64,000 bases of DNA from Candidatus Methylacidiphilales bacterium. Its GTDB lineage: Bacteria; Verrucomicrobiota; Verrucomicrobiia; Methylacidiphilales; Verrucolacustridaceae. Below the pieces are notes generated by a model. It was given only the letters and a program-made list of their open reading frames with translations. It had not been told where the DNA came from and made no database searches. Where the stretch lies: the NCBI GenBank assembly GCA_040397425.1, contig JBBAWA010000001.1, forward strand, positions 12,696 through 76,695. The letters run 5' to 3'. The position numbers were made by a program, and so were the translations under genes. Below are positions 17,320-24,794 of the stretch, piece by piece. Numbering within the stretch: the first letter of the stretch is position 1; each line of letters begins with the position of its first letter.

Positions 17320-17607
17320 TTGGAACTACGCAAGAAGCACGGCAAGGGCGGATTGACCACGCAAGAGGCTGGTGAGCAAGGAATTGGCAGTGGAGTGGCA
17401 CGAGCCACGAGTTTGGCCAATGGAGAGGCACTGAGTTACGAAACCATTAAGCGCATGGCGGCCTTTTTTTCGCGGCATGAGAAGAATAAGGGGGGAGGGG
17501 AGGATGATGCTGGTTACATTGCCTGGCTTTTGTGGGGCGGTGATTCGGGAAGGGCGTGGGCCAATCGCGTCATTCAACAACAGGAAAAGAAGCGGGCCGC
17601 CCGTTAA
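17254..17607 (+). CDS. Conserved phage head-associated domain, probably expressed as a -1 frameshift extension of 17021
   Basis: Open from 17254; AARRGLELR...GVARA..LANG..LS.ETIKRM..FFSRH...GYIAWLLWGGD.G..WA; no ATG or RBS at the domain start. Confidence 0.8.
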   Translation, partial: GLSLDAASFAPPSSVRAAARRGLELRKKHGKGGLTTQEAGEQGIGSGVARATSLANGEALSYETIKRMAAFFSRHEKNKGGGEDDAGYIAWLLWGGDSGRAWANRVIQQQEKKRAAR

Positions 17608-17633
17608 GATAGCCTCAACCATCCGTCGTTGCA

Positions 17634-17948
17634 ATGGAAAGTCCTGACCTTGACTATTTTGACGATGGCGAGGATGAGGATTTCAGCGTAGAAAACGCCT
17701 TGCGTGTCCTAAGTCTTAATTCTCACCGTAATACAACGCGATGGGCAGTGGTCAGCAAGCAACTGTTTGTCAATGGTCGTGCCACTGAGGATCAAACCTA
17801 TGTGGAGCCACAGTACGAAAGGCCAGATCCTGAGTTTGAGGAGCACTATCGCATGTTGATCTTTGAGGCAATCGCAGTGGCCAAAGCCTACATCATGGCC
17901 GGGATTGAAGCCGAGATTCAGCAGACGAGGGAATCTTCAGGGCTATAA
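17634..17948 (+). CDS. Hypothetical protein
   Basis: Clean 104-aa acidic ORF. Confidence 0.7.
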   Translation: MESPDLDYFDDGEDEDFSVENALRVLSLNSHRNTTRWAVVSKQLFVNGRATEDQTYVEPQYERPDPEFEEHYRMLIFEAIAVAKAYIMAGIEAEIQQTRESSGL

Positions 17949-18198
17949 AGTTTGGATAGCCGAGAAGCCATAGCACAGACATCGTGAAAAGGCCACTCAA
18001 GGTGGCAATTTGCACTGCGCTGGGCTCTAGATCTCCGCTTTCCATCCGAGAGTAGGAGGACTGACTAATTTCCAGCCTTGCAGCCACATTGCGTTGCGAT
18101 AGGCCGCTATTGAGCCGTGCTTGCTTGATGCGAGACGCAACGGCAATGCGCCGTTGGGAATGGGACAACTTGAGCAAATTGACTTGGTGATTCTCCAT
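17893..18198 (-). CDS. XRE-family helix-turn-helix regulator
   Basis: RIKQARLNSGLSQRNVAARLEISQSSYSRMESG...WLLG. Confidence 0.9.
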   Translation of the reverse strand: MENHQVNLLKLSHSQRRIAVASRIKQARLNSGLSQRNVAARLEISQSSYSRMESGDLEPSAVQIATLSGLFTMSVLWLLGYPNFIALKIPSSAESRLQSRP

Positions 18199-18202
18199 TG
18201 CT

Positions 18203-18244
18203 TGATTCACTATTGAATCATGTTAATAGTGGTGATGCTAGTTT
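18203..18244. promoter_or_regulatory. Operator-like palindromes and extended -10 between the divergent XRE and capsid genes
   Basis: TGATTCA-CTAT-TGAATCA (18203-18220); CACTATT/AATAGTG (18208-18231); TGCTAGTTT (18236-18244). Confidence 0.5.
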
Positions 18245-18259
18245 GCATAGGATTGTTAT

Positions 18260-19447
18260 ATGAGCAATACTTCTTTTCGCTACGACGTAGCGCCGATTGA
18301 GAAGTACGAGCTAACCCCCGAGGGTTATCTGCGGCTTCATGCCACAATCGCTCGCACTGGCGTTCAGCATTACTCCAATGCTGACGGTTCAATTCGGCGT
18401 GAATATCGTGCCGCTGAAGATGTGGCGCTCCCTGAAAGTCTTGCTTCTTTTGCGGGCAAGAGCGTAACTGACGAACATCCCCCGGTCCTGCTTGATAGCG
18501 CCAACACCACAAACTATCAAAAGGGCTTTACCGGCTCTGAGATTGTTTATGACAATGGTTTTGTCCGAGCAGTTATGACAATTACAGACCAAGAACTGAT
18601 CGACAAGATTCAACGGGGTGATGCTACGGAAGTTAGCGCAGGCTATCGAGTGTCCTTTGATGCCAACCCAGGCATCACTCCTGATGGTGAACCGTATGAC
18701 GGTCGCCAAAAGGAAATCATTGGCAACCACGTAGCCGTTGTTAAGACCGGGCGAGCAGGCCCGCAAGTGAAATTGCATCTTGACCGACAGGATGCCGCCG
18801 ATCCTTCTCTTCTCAACTCTGGAGATTCTCTTATGACTACCGCAAAGGTGGTCTTTGATGGCGCTGATTTTGAAGTGAGCGAGGGCGTTGCCCTTGCTGT
18901 CAACAAAGAACGCGCTGATGCAAAGACCTCTTACGAGGCCATGAAAAAGCAGTACGACGAAATGTGTGGCAAAGCCTCCAAACTCAAGGAGGAAATGGAT
19001 GCCATGGAAAAGGAAATGAAAGGCAAAATGGATGCCGCTAATGGTCGTGCTGATGCCCTCGCTGCTGAAACTGAATCGCTTAAGGCTGAACTGGAAGCGG
19101 CTAAGGCCGTGAATGTTGACAGCCTTGTCGAAGAGCGCATTACCCTGATTGAAAAGGCCAAGCCTGTCCTTGACAGTGCCTATGCCTTTACTGGCAAGTC
19201 CGCTCGTGAAATCATGGTCGATGCCGTTATGGCAGTTCGTGGTGATTCCATGAATCTGTCTGAACGGTCTGACGACTATGTTCAAGCCGCTTTTGACACC
19301 ATTTCCGTTGACGACCGTAAGGATTCGTCTACTGGTCCTCTGCGCAATGCCGTCGCATCCGTGGTGGCAACTATTCCCCAGGACAAGTATCAGGAAACGG
19401 TGGGAAAAGCCTACCTCCGTCCTCTCACCGCTTCTAAAGGAGCCTGA
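18260..19447 (+). CDS. DUF2213 prohead protease / scaffold
   Basis: LTPEGYL...IARTGVQ.Y, VTDEHP, EVSAGY, NHVAVV..GRAG; C-terminal coiled coil. Confidence 0.92.
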   Translation: MSNTSFRYDVAPIEKYELTPEGYLRLHATIARTGVQHYSNADGSIRREYRAAEDVALPESLASFAGKSVTDEHPPVLLDSANTTNYQKGFTGSEIVYDNGFVRAVMTITDQELIDKIQRGDATEVSAGYRVSFDANPGITPDGEPYDGRQKEIIGNHVAVVKTGRAGPQVKLHLDRQDAADPSLLNSGDSLMTTAKVVFDGADFEVSEGVALAVNKERADAKTSYEAMKKQYDEMCGKASKLKEEMDAMEKEMKGKMDAANGRADALAAETESLKAELEAAKAVNVDSLVEERITLIEKAKPVLDSAYAFTGKSAREIMVDAVMAVRGDSMNLSERSDDYVQAAFDTISVDDRKDSSTGPLRNAVASVVATIPQDKYQETVGKAYLRPLTASKGA

Positions 19448-19450
19448 CCC

Positions 19451-20011
19451 ATGGCCGTTGCTTTCACTGCGTCTGGCACCCCCACTGTGGGCGGTGTGCA
19501 GACTTCCTATCCCCTCGTTCACGACGCCTTCCTGGAAGGTCAACTGGCCGATGCCCGCAACAAGGTGATTGACTCTTTCGTCAACGAAACCTCTGGCGTG
19601 GTGGCTTTCGGCAACCTGCTGGTTTGGAATAGCGGCAGCACTACTGCTGATTCCGCTCGCACCATCTCCGGCACCACTGGCACTGTTGTTGGCCTGAACA
19701 TTCTCACTTACGTTGACGAAACTGCCCGTGACGCCAATAGCCGCCCCGGCGTGAAAGAGCGTCAACTGATGAACGTTTTGCGTCAAGGTGCTGCTGTGGT
19801 TTATGTCCATGGCGCCGTTGATCCTTCTACTGCTGTTCGTGTCATTCACACCGCTTCCGGTGTGCAGTATGCCGGTCAATTCTCGGCTTCTGCCGTTAGT
19901 GGCCGCACTGCCACTCTTTCTAATGCCGCCTACCTGTCCAAGACCACTGGCAGTGGACTGGCAGTGCTGGAACTGAATGGCCCCACTTTCACTCTCACCG
20001 CCAACACCTGA
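19451..20011 (+). CDS. Head decoration / cement protein
   Basis: Between scaffold and capsid; beta-rich; NVLRQG.V.V motif. Confidence 0.75.
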   Translation: MAVAFTASGTPTVGGVQTSYPLVHDAFLEGQLADARNKVIDSFVNETSGVVAFGNLLVWNSGSTTADSARTISGTTGTVVGLNILTYVDETARDANSRPGVKERQLMNVLRQGAAVVYVHGAVDPSTAVRVIHTASGVQYAGQFSASAVSGRTATLSNAAYLSKTTGSGLAVLELNGPTFTLTANT

Positions 20012-20018
20012 GGTAACT

Positions 20019-20933
20019 ATGTCTGATTATCGTATGGACGAGGCGGGACTGTTTCTTCAGCGCCAACTGGAGTACATTCGCCCGCAAGTGTTTGAGACGG
20101 CTTACGCCGACATCAAATACCCCACCCTTTTGCCTGTCACCAGTGAGGCTGGCCCCGGCGCCCAGCAGTTCACCTATCGGGTGATGGACAGCACCGGCAA
20201 GTTTGACTTCATTGCTGACAATGCTGATGACCTGCCGCGCTCTGACGTGAGCCAGGTCGAGAAGTCAATCTACTTCCGCTCCATTGGCGGTTCGTTCGGC
20301 TACACCGTCCAAGAACTGCGTGCCGCTCAAATGGCTAACGTGGCTCTTGAGTCGCGTCGTGCTGCAGCGGTTCGCCGGGCTTACGAAGAGAAAGTGGAAG
20401 ACATCGCCATGTTTGGTGATGTTTCCACCAATCTCACTGGTTTCTTCAACAATCCCACCGTGGATGTTGTGACCGCCGACAAGTGGTTTGACACCGCAAG
20501 TGTCACCACCACTGAAATGCTTGAACTGCTGAACTATGGTTCCACTGCCATTGTCAATGGTTCCAACATGAAGGAGCAGCCTGACACCCTGCTGCTTCCT
20601 TGGGTTGACTATCAAAAGGTCTCCTCCACTCGCAACAGTGATTCCAGTGATCTCACCGTCCTGGAATACTTCCTGCGCACCAACCCCTACATCCGCAACA
20701 TTGAGCCCATCCTGCAACTGGACAACAGCAAGACCACGGGCAAGCTCAACACCCGTCGGATGGTGTTCTACAAGCGGGACCCTGAAAAGCTCCAACTGCA
20801 CATTTCGCAGCCCTTGGAACTGTTCCCGCCCCAGCAACGCAACCTGCAGTACATCGTTCCCGCCCATGCTCGCGTGGGTGGCGTGGCGATTTACTACTCC
20901 AAGAGCGTTGTCTACGTGCAGCGCAGCACCTGA
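20019..20933 (+). CDS. Major capsid protein (DUF2184-like)
   Basis: GAGG RBS; LQRQLEYI.P..FE..Y, GY..QEL.AA, GFFNNP, PDTLLLP, RVGGV; strong codon bias. Confidence 0.92.
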   Translation: MSDYRMDEAGLFLQRQLEYIRPQVFETAYADIKYPTLLPVTSEAGPGAQQFTYRVMDSTGKFDFIADNADDLPRSDVSQVEKSIYFRSIGGSFGYTVQELRAAQMANVALESRRAAAVRRAYEEKVEDIAMFGDVSTNLTGFFNNPTVDVVTADKWFDTASVTTTEMLELLNYGSTAIVNGSNMKEQPDTLLLPWVDYQKVSSTRNSDSSDLTVLEYFLRTNPYIRNIEPILQLDNSKTTGKLNTRRMVFYKRDPEKLQLHISQPLELFPPQQRNLQYIVPAHARVGGVAIYYSKSVVYVQRST

Positions 20934-20981
20934 TCCCTGCAAGGGGCGTTAAGCTAATTGGTGACTGTTTCTCCCAAGCAA

Positions 20982-21368
20982 ATGCTGATTGCCTATCGCC
21001 CCGAGCTTGAAAACCCCCCGCGAGAAGGTGGCTTTGGTGTCATCGTAGATCAAGGGTTGGTACAACTGGCTCCTGGTCTCAATGCAGACGTACCTGAGCA
21101 AGCATGGCAGCAAGCCCGCAATAATGCAGAAGTTAAGCGACTGATGCGCATTGGGGCAATCGAGGAAGTAGTAGAACAAGCAAACGTGCCTGAGGTCAGC
21201 GACAACGTGGAACTGCTTTCCAATTTGCCACTGACTGAAGCCCTGCGAACCATTGAGCTAATCCATGATGCAGAACTGCTGCTGAACTGGAAAAAGCGAG
21301 AAGGTCGGGTGCGAGTGCGGAACGCAATCGTCCGCCGTCGTACTGCCATCGCTGAAGGTCGTGCCTAA
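20982..21368 (+). CDS. Hypothetical protein after capsid gene
   Basis: Clean ORF; E.R..VRNAI..R C-terminal motif. Confidence 0.75.
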   Translation: MLIAYRPELENPPREGGFGVIVDQGLVQLAPGLNADVPEQAWQQARNNAEVKRLMRIGAIEEVVEQANVPEVSDNVELLSNLPLTEALRTIELIHDAELLLNWKKREGRVRVRNAIVRRRTAIAEGRA

Positions 21369-21673
21369 TGGTCACTTACTCCGGGTTTCTGGATCGGTTT
21401 CCCGAGTTCATCCCCCATCCATCGGGGATTGTCCTCGGGGCTATTGCGGAAGCCTCGGCAGATGTTAGTGAAAGCGTGTTTGGCTCACAGTCAGATCGCG
21501 CCATCAAGCATCTTGCAGCCCACATCATTGCCTTGCAACTTGTCCAAATGGGAGCGCAAATTGGCGCCACTGACGGCAAGGTCTATGGGAAAGGGCTAGA
21601 GGCAACGCAATATGGACAGGAGTATCTAAGGATGCTCAACAGTTGTTCTTCCACCATTGGTTTTGTTGTGTGA
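21368..21673 (+). CDS. Head-tail adaptor (DUF4054-like)
   Basis: FLDRFPEF, LAAH, TQYGQEY. Confidence 0.85.
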   Translation: MVTYSGFLDRFPEFIPHPSGIVLGAIAEASADVSESVFGSQSDRAIKHLAAHIIALQLVQMGAQIGATDGKVYGKGLEATQYGQEYLRMLNSCSSTIGFVV

Positions 21674-21677
21674 AGAG

Positions 21678-22064
21678 ATGAATGGACTATCGCCACTGGC
21701 AAACGCAACCCTTATCTGGGAAGTGGCTAGTGGCTACGCCCTAGATCCTTTCACTCAAAACTATCGCCCGGTTTCTAGTGGGGTAGTGTACTACGCCACC
21801 CTCAAGCAAAAGAACAATCCACGGTATGACTACCTACTGGGTGCTGATCATACTGCCGTGTATATGGAAGGGCGCTTGACTGGTCCATTGGCACTTTCGG
21901 GAGTTAGTGCTGGTGCTTCAGCCAAAGCAACAATCAATGGAAGGGAAGGACGATTTGAACTACTGCCTAACGAACATCTTGTGGAACACTATTGGCAGTT
22001 TCTAGGACAACCAATCAGGGGAGTGTTTAGACTGATTGGTAAAGGAAGCGTCTTGAACGCTTAA
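21678..22064 (+). CDS. Putative head closure / stopper protein
   Basis: Position and size only. Confidence 0.6.
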   Translation: MNGLSPLANATLIWEVASGYALDPFTQNYRPVSSGVVYYATLKQKNNPRYDYLLGADHTAVYMEGRLTGPLALSGVSAGASAKATINGREGRFELLPNEHLVEHYWQFLGQPIRGVFRLIGKGSVLNA

Positions 22065-22096
22065 CCATTTTCCTCCTCCTTTGTTTTTTTAAGACA

Positions 22097-22675
22097 ATGC
22101 TCTTCCATCCGACTGAACTGGTTAAGAGCCAAGACGTTATCCTGCGTGTTGGCTCCATCACCGGCACCACCCGTCCTATCATCACTCAATCTGGCGCCAC
22201 TTTCACGGTTAGCGGTGCTCCCACTCTCTATACGCTCCAGGCTGCTACTACTGCCAGCATTGCTTTCAATGATGGCAATACCGAGTTTTATCTTCTCGGC
22301 GGCGGTGGCTTCTCCGACAGCGTGGTTGTCACTGCTGGCCTGACTGTTTCTGTCACCTCCTATTTCCAAAAGGACGTTGATGGCACCGTGTTCCTGCCGA
22401 ATAGCTTTGACGAGGCATTCCAAGTTATCACCGCTTCTCGATACGACAAGAACGCCGAAGTGTATTTTGAGATGAACAAAGAGCTTGGCGCTTCTGGCAC
22501 TACGTTCTACTACGACCGAGTGGCTGGCGTGTCGCGGGTGATGAACTACAACGAAAGCTATCCTGCGGACAACCTTGTCGAAGTCACCTTTGACCTTGTG
22601 AGCCGCAGCCGCTACGGCATTCACCAGTCTGCGACCAGTAGTGGCAGCATCATTCCGATCGCTCCCAACGCCTGA
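22097..22675 (+). CDS. Major tail (tube) protein
   Basis: Strong codon bias, beta-rich, ADNLVEVTFDL; followed by a terminator. Confidence 0.8.
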   Translation: MLFHPTELVKSQDVILRVGSITGTTRPIITQSGATFTVSGAPTLYTLQAATTASIAFNDGNTEFYLLGGGGFSDSVVVTAGLTVSVTSYFQKDVDGTVFLPNSFDEAFQVITASRYDKNAEVYFEMNKELGASGTTFYYDRVAGVSRVMNYNESYPADNLVEVTFDLVSRSRYGIHQSATSSGSIIPIAPNA

Positions 22676-22700
22676 TAGTCCTTTCCATCGTTCCTTTGTT

Positions 22701-22730
22701 AGCCTCCCCATAGCGGGAGGCTTTTTATTT
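22701..22730 (+). terminator. Rho-independent terminator
   Basis: AGCCTCCC-CATAGC-GGGAGGCT-TTTTATTT. Confidence 0.85.
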
Positions 22731-23137
22731 TGATCAATCTTGAACTACGGCAAAAGCTAGAGGCAGTGTTAAGTTGTCCGCCTAGCCTCATTGGCACTTA
22801 CACGCTGCCCAATGGCCAAGCAATTCCGGCTATCTACATGACAGGAACGCAAGGTGTACCGGCAGACTGGAAAGTGCAGGGCCTTGAAGTGACAATGGAG
22901 GAAATGCCAAGGCGATCACCAATGGCGGGAGTGGGAATCGTCGTCAGCCGTATGGCATGGGTGGTGATGCTAGTGAACTACAATGGCGGCACCAATGCGT
23001 TGGATCAGGCAGTGAGCAGGCTAGAGCGAGTGTTTCCTGATGCCACTTTTTCTCCATCGCCCGAAACGGACATTGCGTATGGTCAGTATCGAATTGTCAT
23101 CCCTGATGTGCAAGTGAGACCAGTGCTGCGGCCATGA
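22730..23137 (+). CDS. Putative tail terminator / completion protein
   Basis: 135 aa in tail module; N-terminal helix then alpha/beta pattern. Confidence 0.55.
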   Translation: MINLELRQKLEAVLSCPPSLIGTYTLPNGQAIPAIYMTGTQGVPADWKVQGLEVTMEEMPRRSPMAGVGIVVSRMAWVVMLVNYNGGTNALDQAVSRLERVFPDATFSPSPETDIAYGQYRIVIPDVQVRPVLRP

Positions 23138-23355
23138 AAATGCTGTCAAGCGATTGCGGTAGCGCATGGCTTTTCAATGTAAAGAGAGAAGAGGATCAGC
23201 TAGTTGCTGGCCTTGCCTGCTTCGTCAGCAATTCCCCGGAGCAAGTCATTGTGCAATGGAGAGGCGAAAGGCTAATCCTTGGACTTCCCCATCGTGCCGT
23301 GTCTAATCCCATGCCGTGTCGTGTGCTGAATGCTAGACTTGCGCTGCTTAATTGA
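23134..23355 (+). CDS. Hypothetical protein
   Basis: ATGA-coupled 73-aa ORF. Confidence 0.6.
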   Translation: MKMLSSDCGSAWLFNVKREEDQLVAGLACFVSNSPEQVIVQWRGERLILGLPHRAVSNPMPCRVLNARLALLN

Positions 23356-23360
23356 TTTTC

Positions 23361-23882
23361 ATGAGCCAATACAGCGAGTTTTTCTTGATTTGCAGCCCAA
23401 AGTATGCTGCCATTGCTGGTGCTTTGCGGCTTCGCAGTTACGGCAATTGGCTGACTGAGGAACTGTGGCTGCGTGATGCGCAGAACAAAAAGCGGGCTGA
23501 ATTTTCAATGAAGGCCATTCGTTTGGCACGACGCATTGCGGCAAAGAAAGGCATTAGCGAGGACGATGCATTTGACCTCCTTCAGTCCGATGGCCCCGAA
23601 AGGCAGGAGGTGTTGGGGGACTTTGCGGACGAAGCGGCAGCGTTGTTCACTCTCCTCCCATCGTCCCAAGAGCAATTTGAGGAACTGGTGACAAAGTTCT
23701 TCCAGAATCGTGGGGAGGTGAAAAAGGGCACGGAATGGACCTCTACGCCCGACTGGAGCCGGGAGGACACTGGCAAGCTCACCAAGACCATGCTCGATGC
23801 CGTAGAGGCTTTCATGGCCCAGGAGGAGGGCTTTAGCGACGCCGAGGACGAAGAGGGCGACGCCCCAAAGGAACAAGGCTAG
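23361..23882 (+). CDS. Tail assembly chaperone (gpG-like)
   Basis: Upstream of tape measure; ends EEGDAPKEQG with slippery C CCA AAG. Confidence 0.8.
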   Translation: MSQYSEFFLICSPKYAAIAGALRLRSYGNWLTEELWLRDAQNKKRAEFSMKAIRLARRIAAKKGISEDDAFDLLQSDGPERQEVLGDFADEAAALFTLLPSSQEQFEELVTKFFQNRGEVKKGTEWTSTPDWSREDTGKLTKTMLDAVEAFMAQEEGFSDAEDEEGDAPKEQG

Positions 23883-23917
23883 AGCGGCTAGAAAGATACG
23901 CTGAAGCCACGTTAGCC
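23864..23917 (+). promoter_or_regulatory. Tail chaperone -1 frameshift signal
   Basis: CCCAAAG (23864-23870), 6-nt spacer, GGCTAG/TTAGCC stem; -1 frame open to 24286. Confidence 0.85.
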
Positions 23918-24286
23918 CAGTCTACGGATTGGGCTGCGTTGTATTGCCGCATTCAGGCACTTGCCATTGCCGATCCCATGTTTCATGCGGAGCGGTTTGG
24001 GAAGGTGCCAATCAAGTTGTTGCAAGCCATGCTGGAGCAGGCCAGCACAGAGCAGCAACGCCTAATCAATGCCCACAGCATGAGCACGGCCAAGCTCGCC
24101 GTAACAGTTGTTCGGGCACTAGGCGGGAAAACGGCACAAGCCAAAGTGGATGACTTCTTGCCATTTGAGCAAGCTAAGCCTAATGCCATCAGTAGCGAAA
24201 CCAAGGAGGCCCTGCAATGGGCGTTGAAAACTCATAGGCTCCCCCCTGTTATCGTGGGACTAATTGGGGCGGAACTAACACGCTAA
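23870..24286 (+). CDS. Tail assembly chaperone frameshift extension (gpT-like)
   Basis: -1 frame open from 23870 (GTRLERLERYAE...DWAALYCRIQ...DFLPF). Confidence 0.8.
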   Translation, partial: GTRLERLERYAEATLAQSTDWAALYCRIQALAIADPMFHAERFGKVPIKLLQAMLEQASTEQQRLINAHSMSTAKLAVTVVRALGGKTAQAKVDDFLPFEQAKPNAISSETKEALQWALKTHRLPPVIVGLIGAELTR

Positions 24287-24792
24287 TGGCACGCAATAAT
24301 TACGACTCCATGCGCATGATCGCTAAGACCATTTCACTACCGAGTGAAGTGTTCAAAGAGCTTATGGATAGGGTGTCAGTGGAGTTTCAAGGGGCATTTG
24401 AGCTTGACTATTCTTACGATCGCCCAGAAGGGATTAGCGTGATCCGAGAGAATGGAGTGCCAAAGATTGTTAGGGGCAGCACGGGAACGTTAAGGGAAAA
24501 TGGCGACCACTTGTCAGAAGAAGGCGATTTGCCTTATGCTCCACGCGACATTGTGGACTTGGGCGCATTGCAAGATAGCCAACAGCGCATCGACATGCCC
24601 AATGCGACGCTGTTTCGATGGACGGGCAATGGAGAAAGAGACTATGCCTTGTTTGTGCATGATGGCTATACGCCAAAGCTACTGGGCAGAGATTGCAGGC
24701 CAGTGCCAGGAAGGCCGTGGACTTTGCCAGTGCTGCTTAGAATGAGAACAACGATTGCCGAAACCAAAAAGCGGCGACTTAGAGGAGGCTGA
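24286..24792 (+). CDS. Neck / tail completion protein (HK97 gp10-like)
   Basis: RDIVDLGAL.DS, YALFVHDG, PGRPWT. Confidence 0.7.
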   Translation: MARNNYDSMRMIAKTISLPSEVFKELMDRVSVEFQGAFELDYSYDRPEGISVIRENGVPKIVRGSTGTLRENGDHLSEEGDLPYAPRDIVDLGALQDSQQRIDMPNATLFRWTGNGERDYALFVHDGYTPKLLGRDCRPVPGRPWTLPVLLRMRTTIAETKKRRLRGG

Positions 24793-24794
24793 TT

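Noticed and set aside
18389-19879. 496-aa minus-strand ORF
   Set aside because: Antisense shadow of the strongly codon-biased protease and decoration genes; no recognisable motifs.
20265-22711. Long antisense ORFs opposite the capsid (20265-20942) and tail tube (22061-22711) genes
   Set aside because: Same codon-bias artefact of highly expressed genes.
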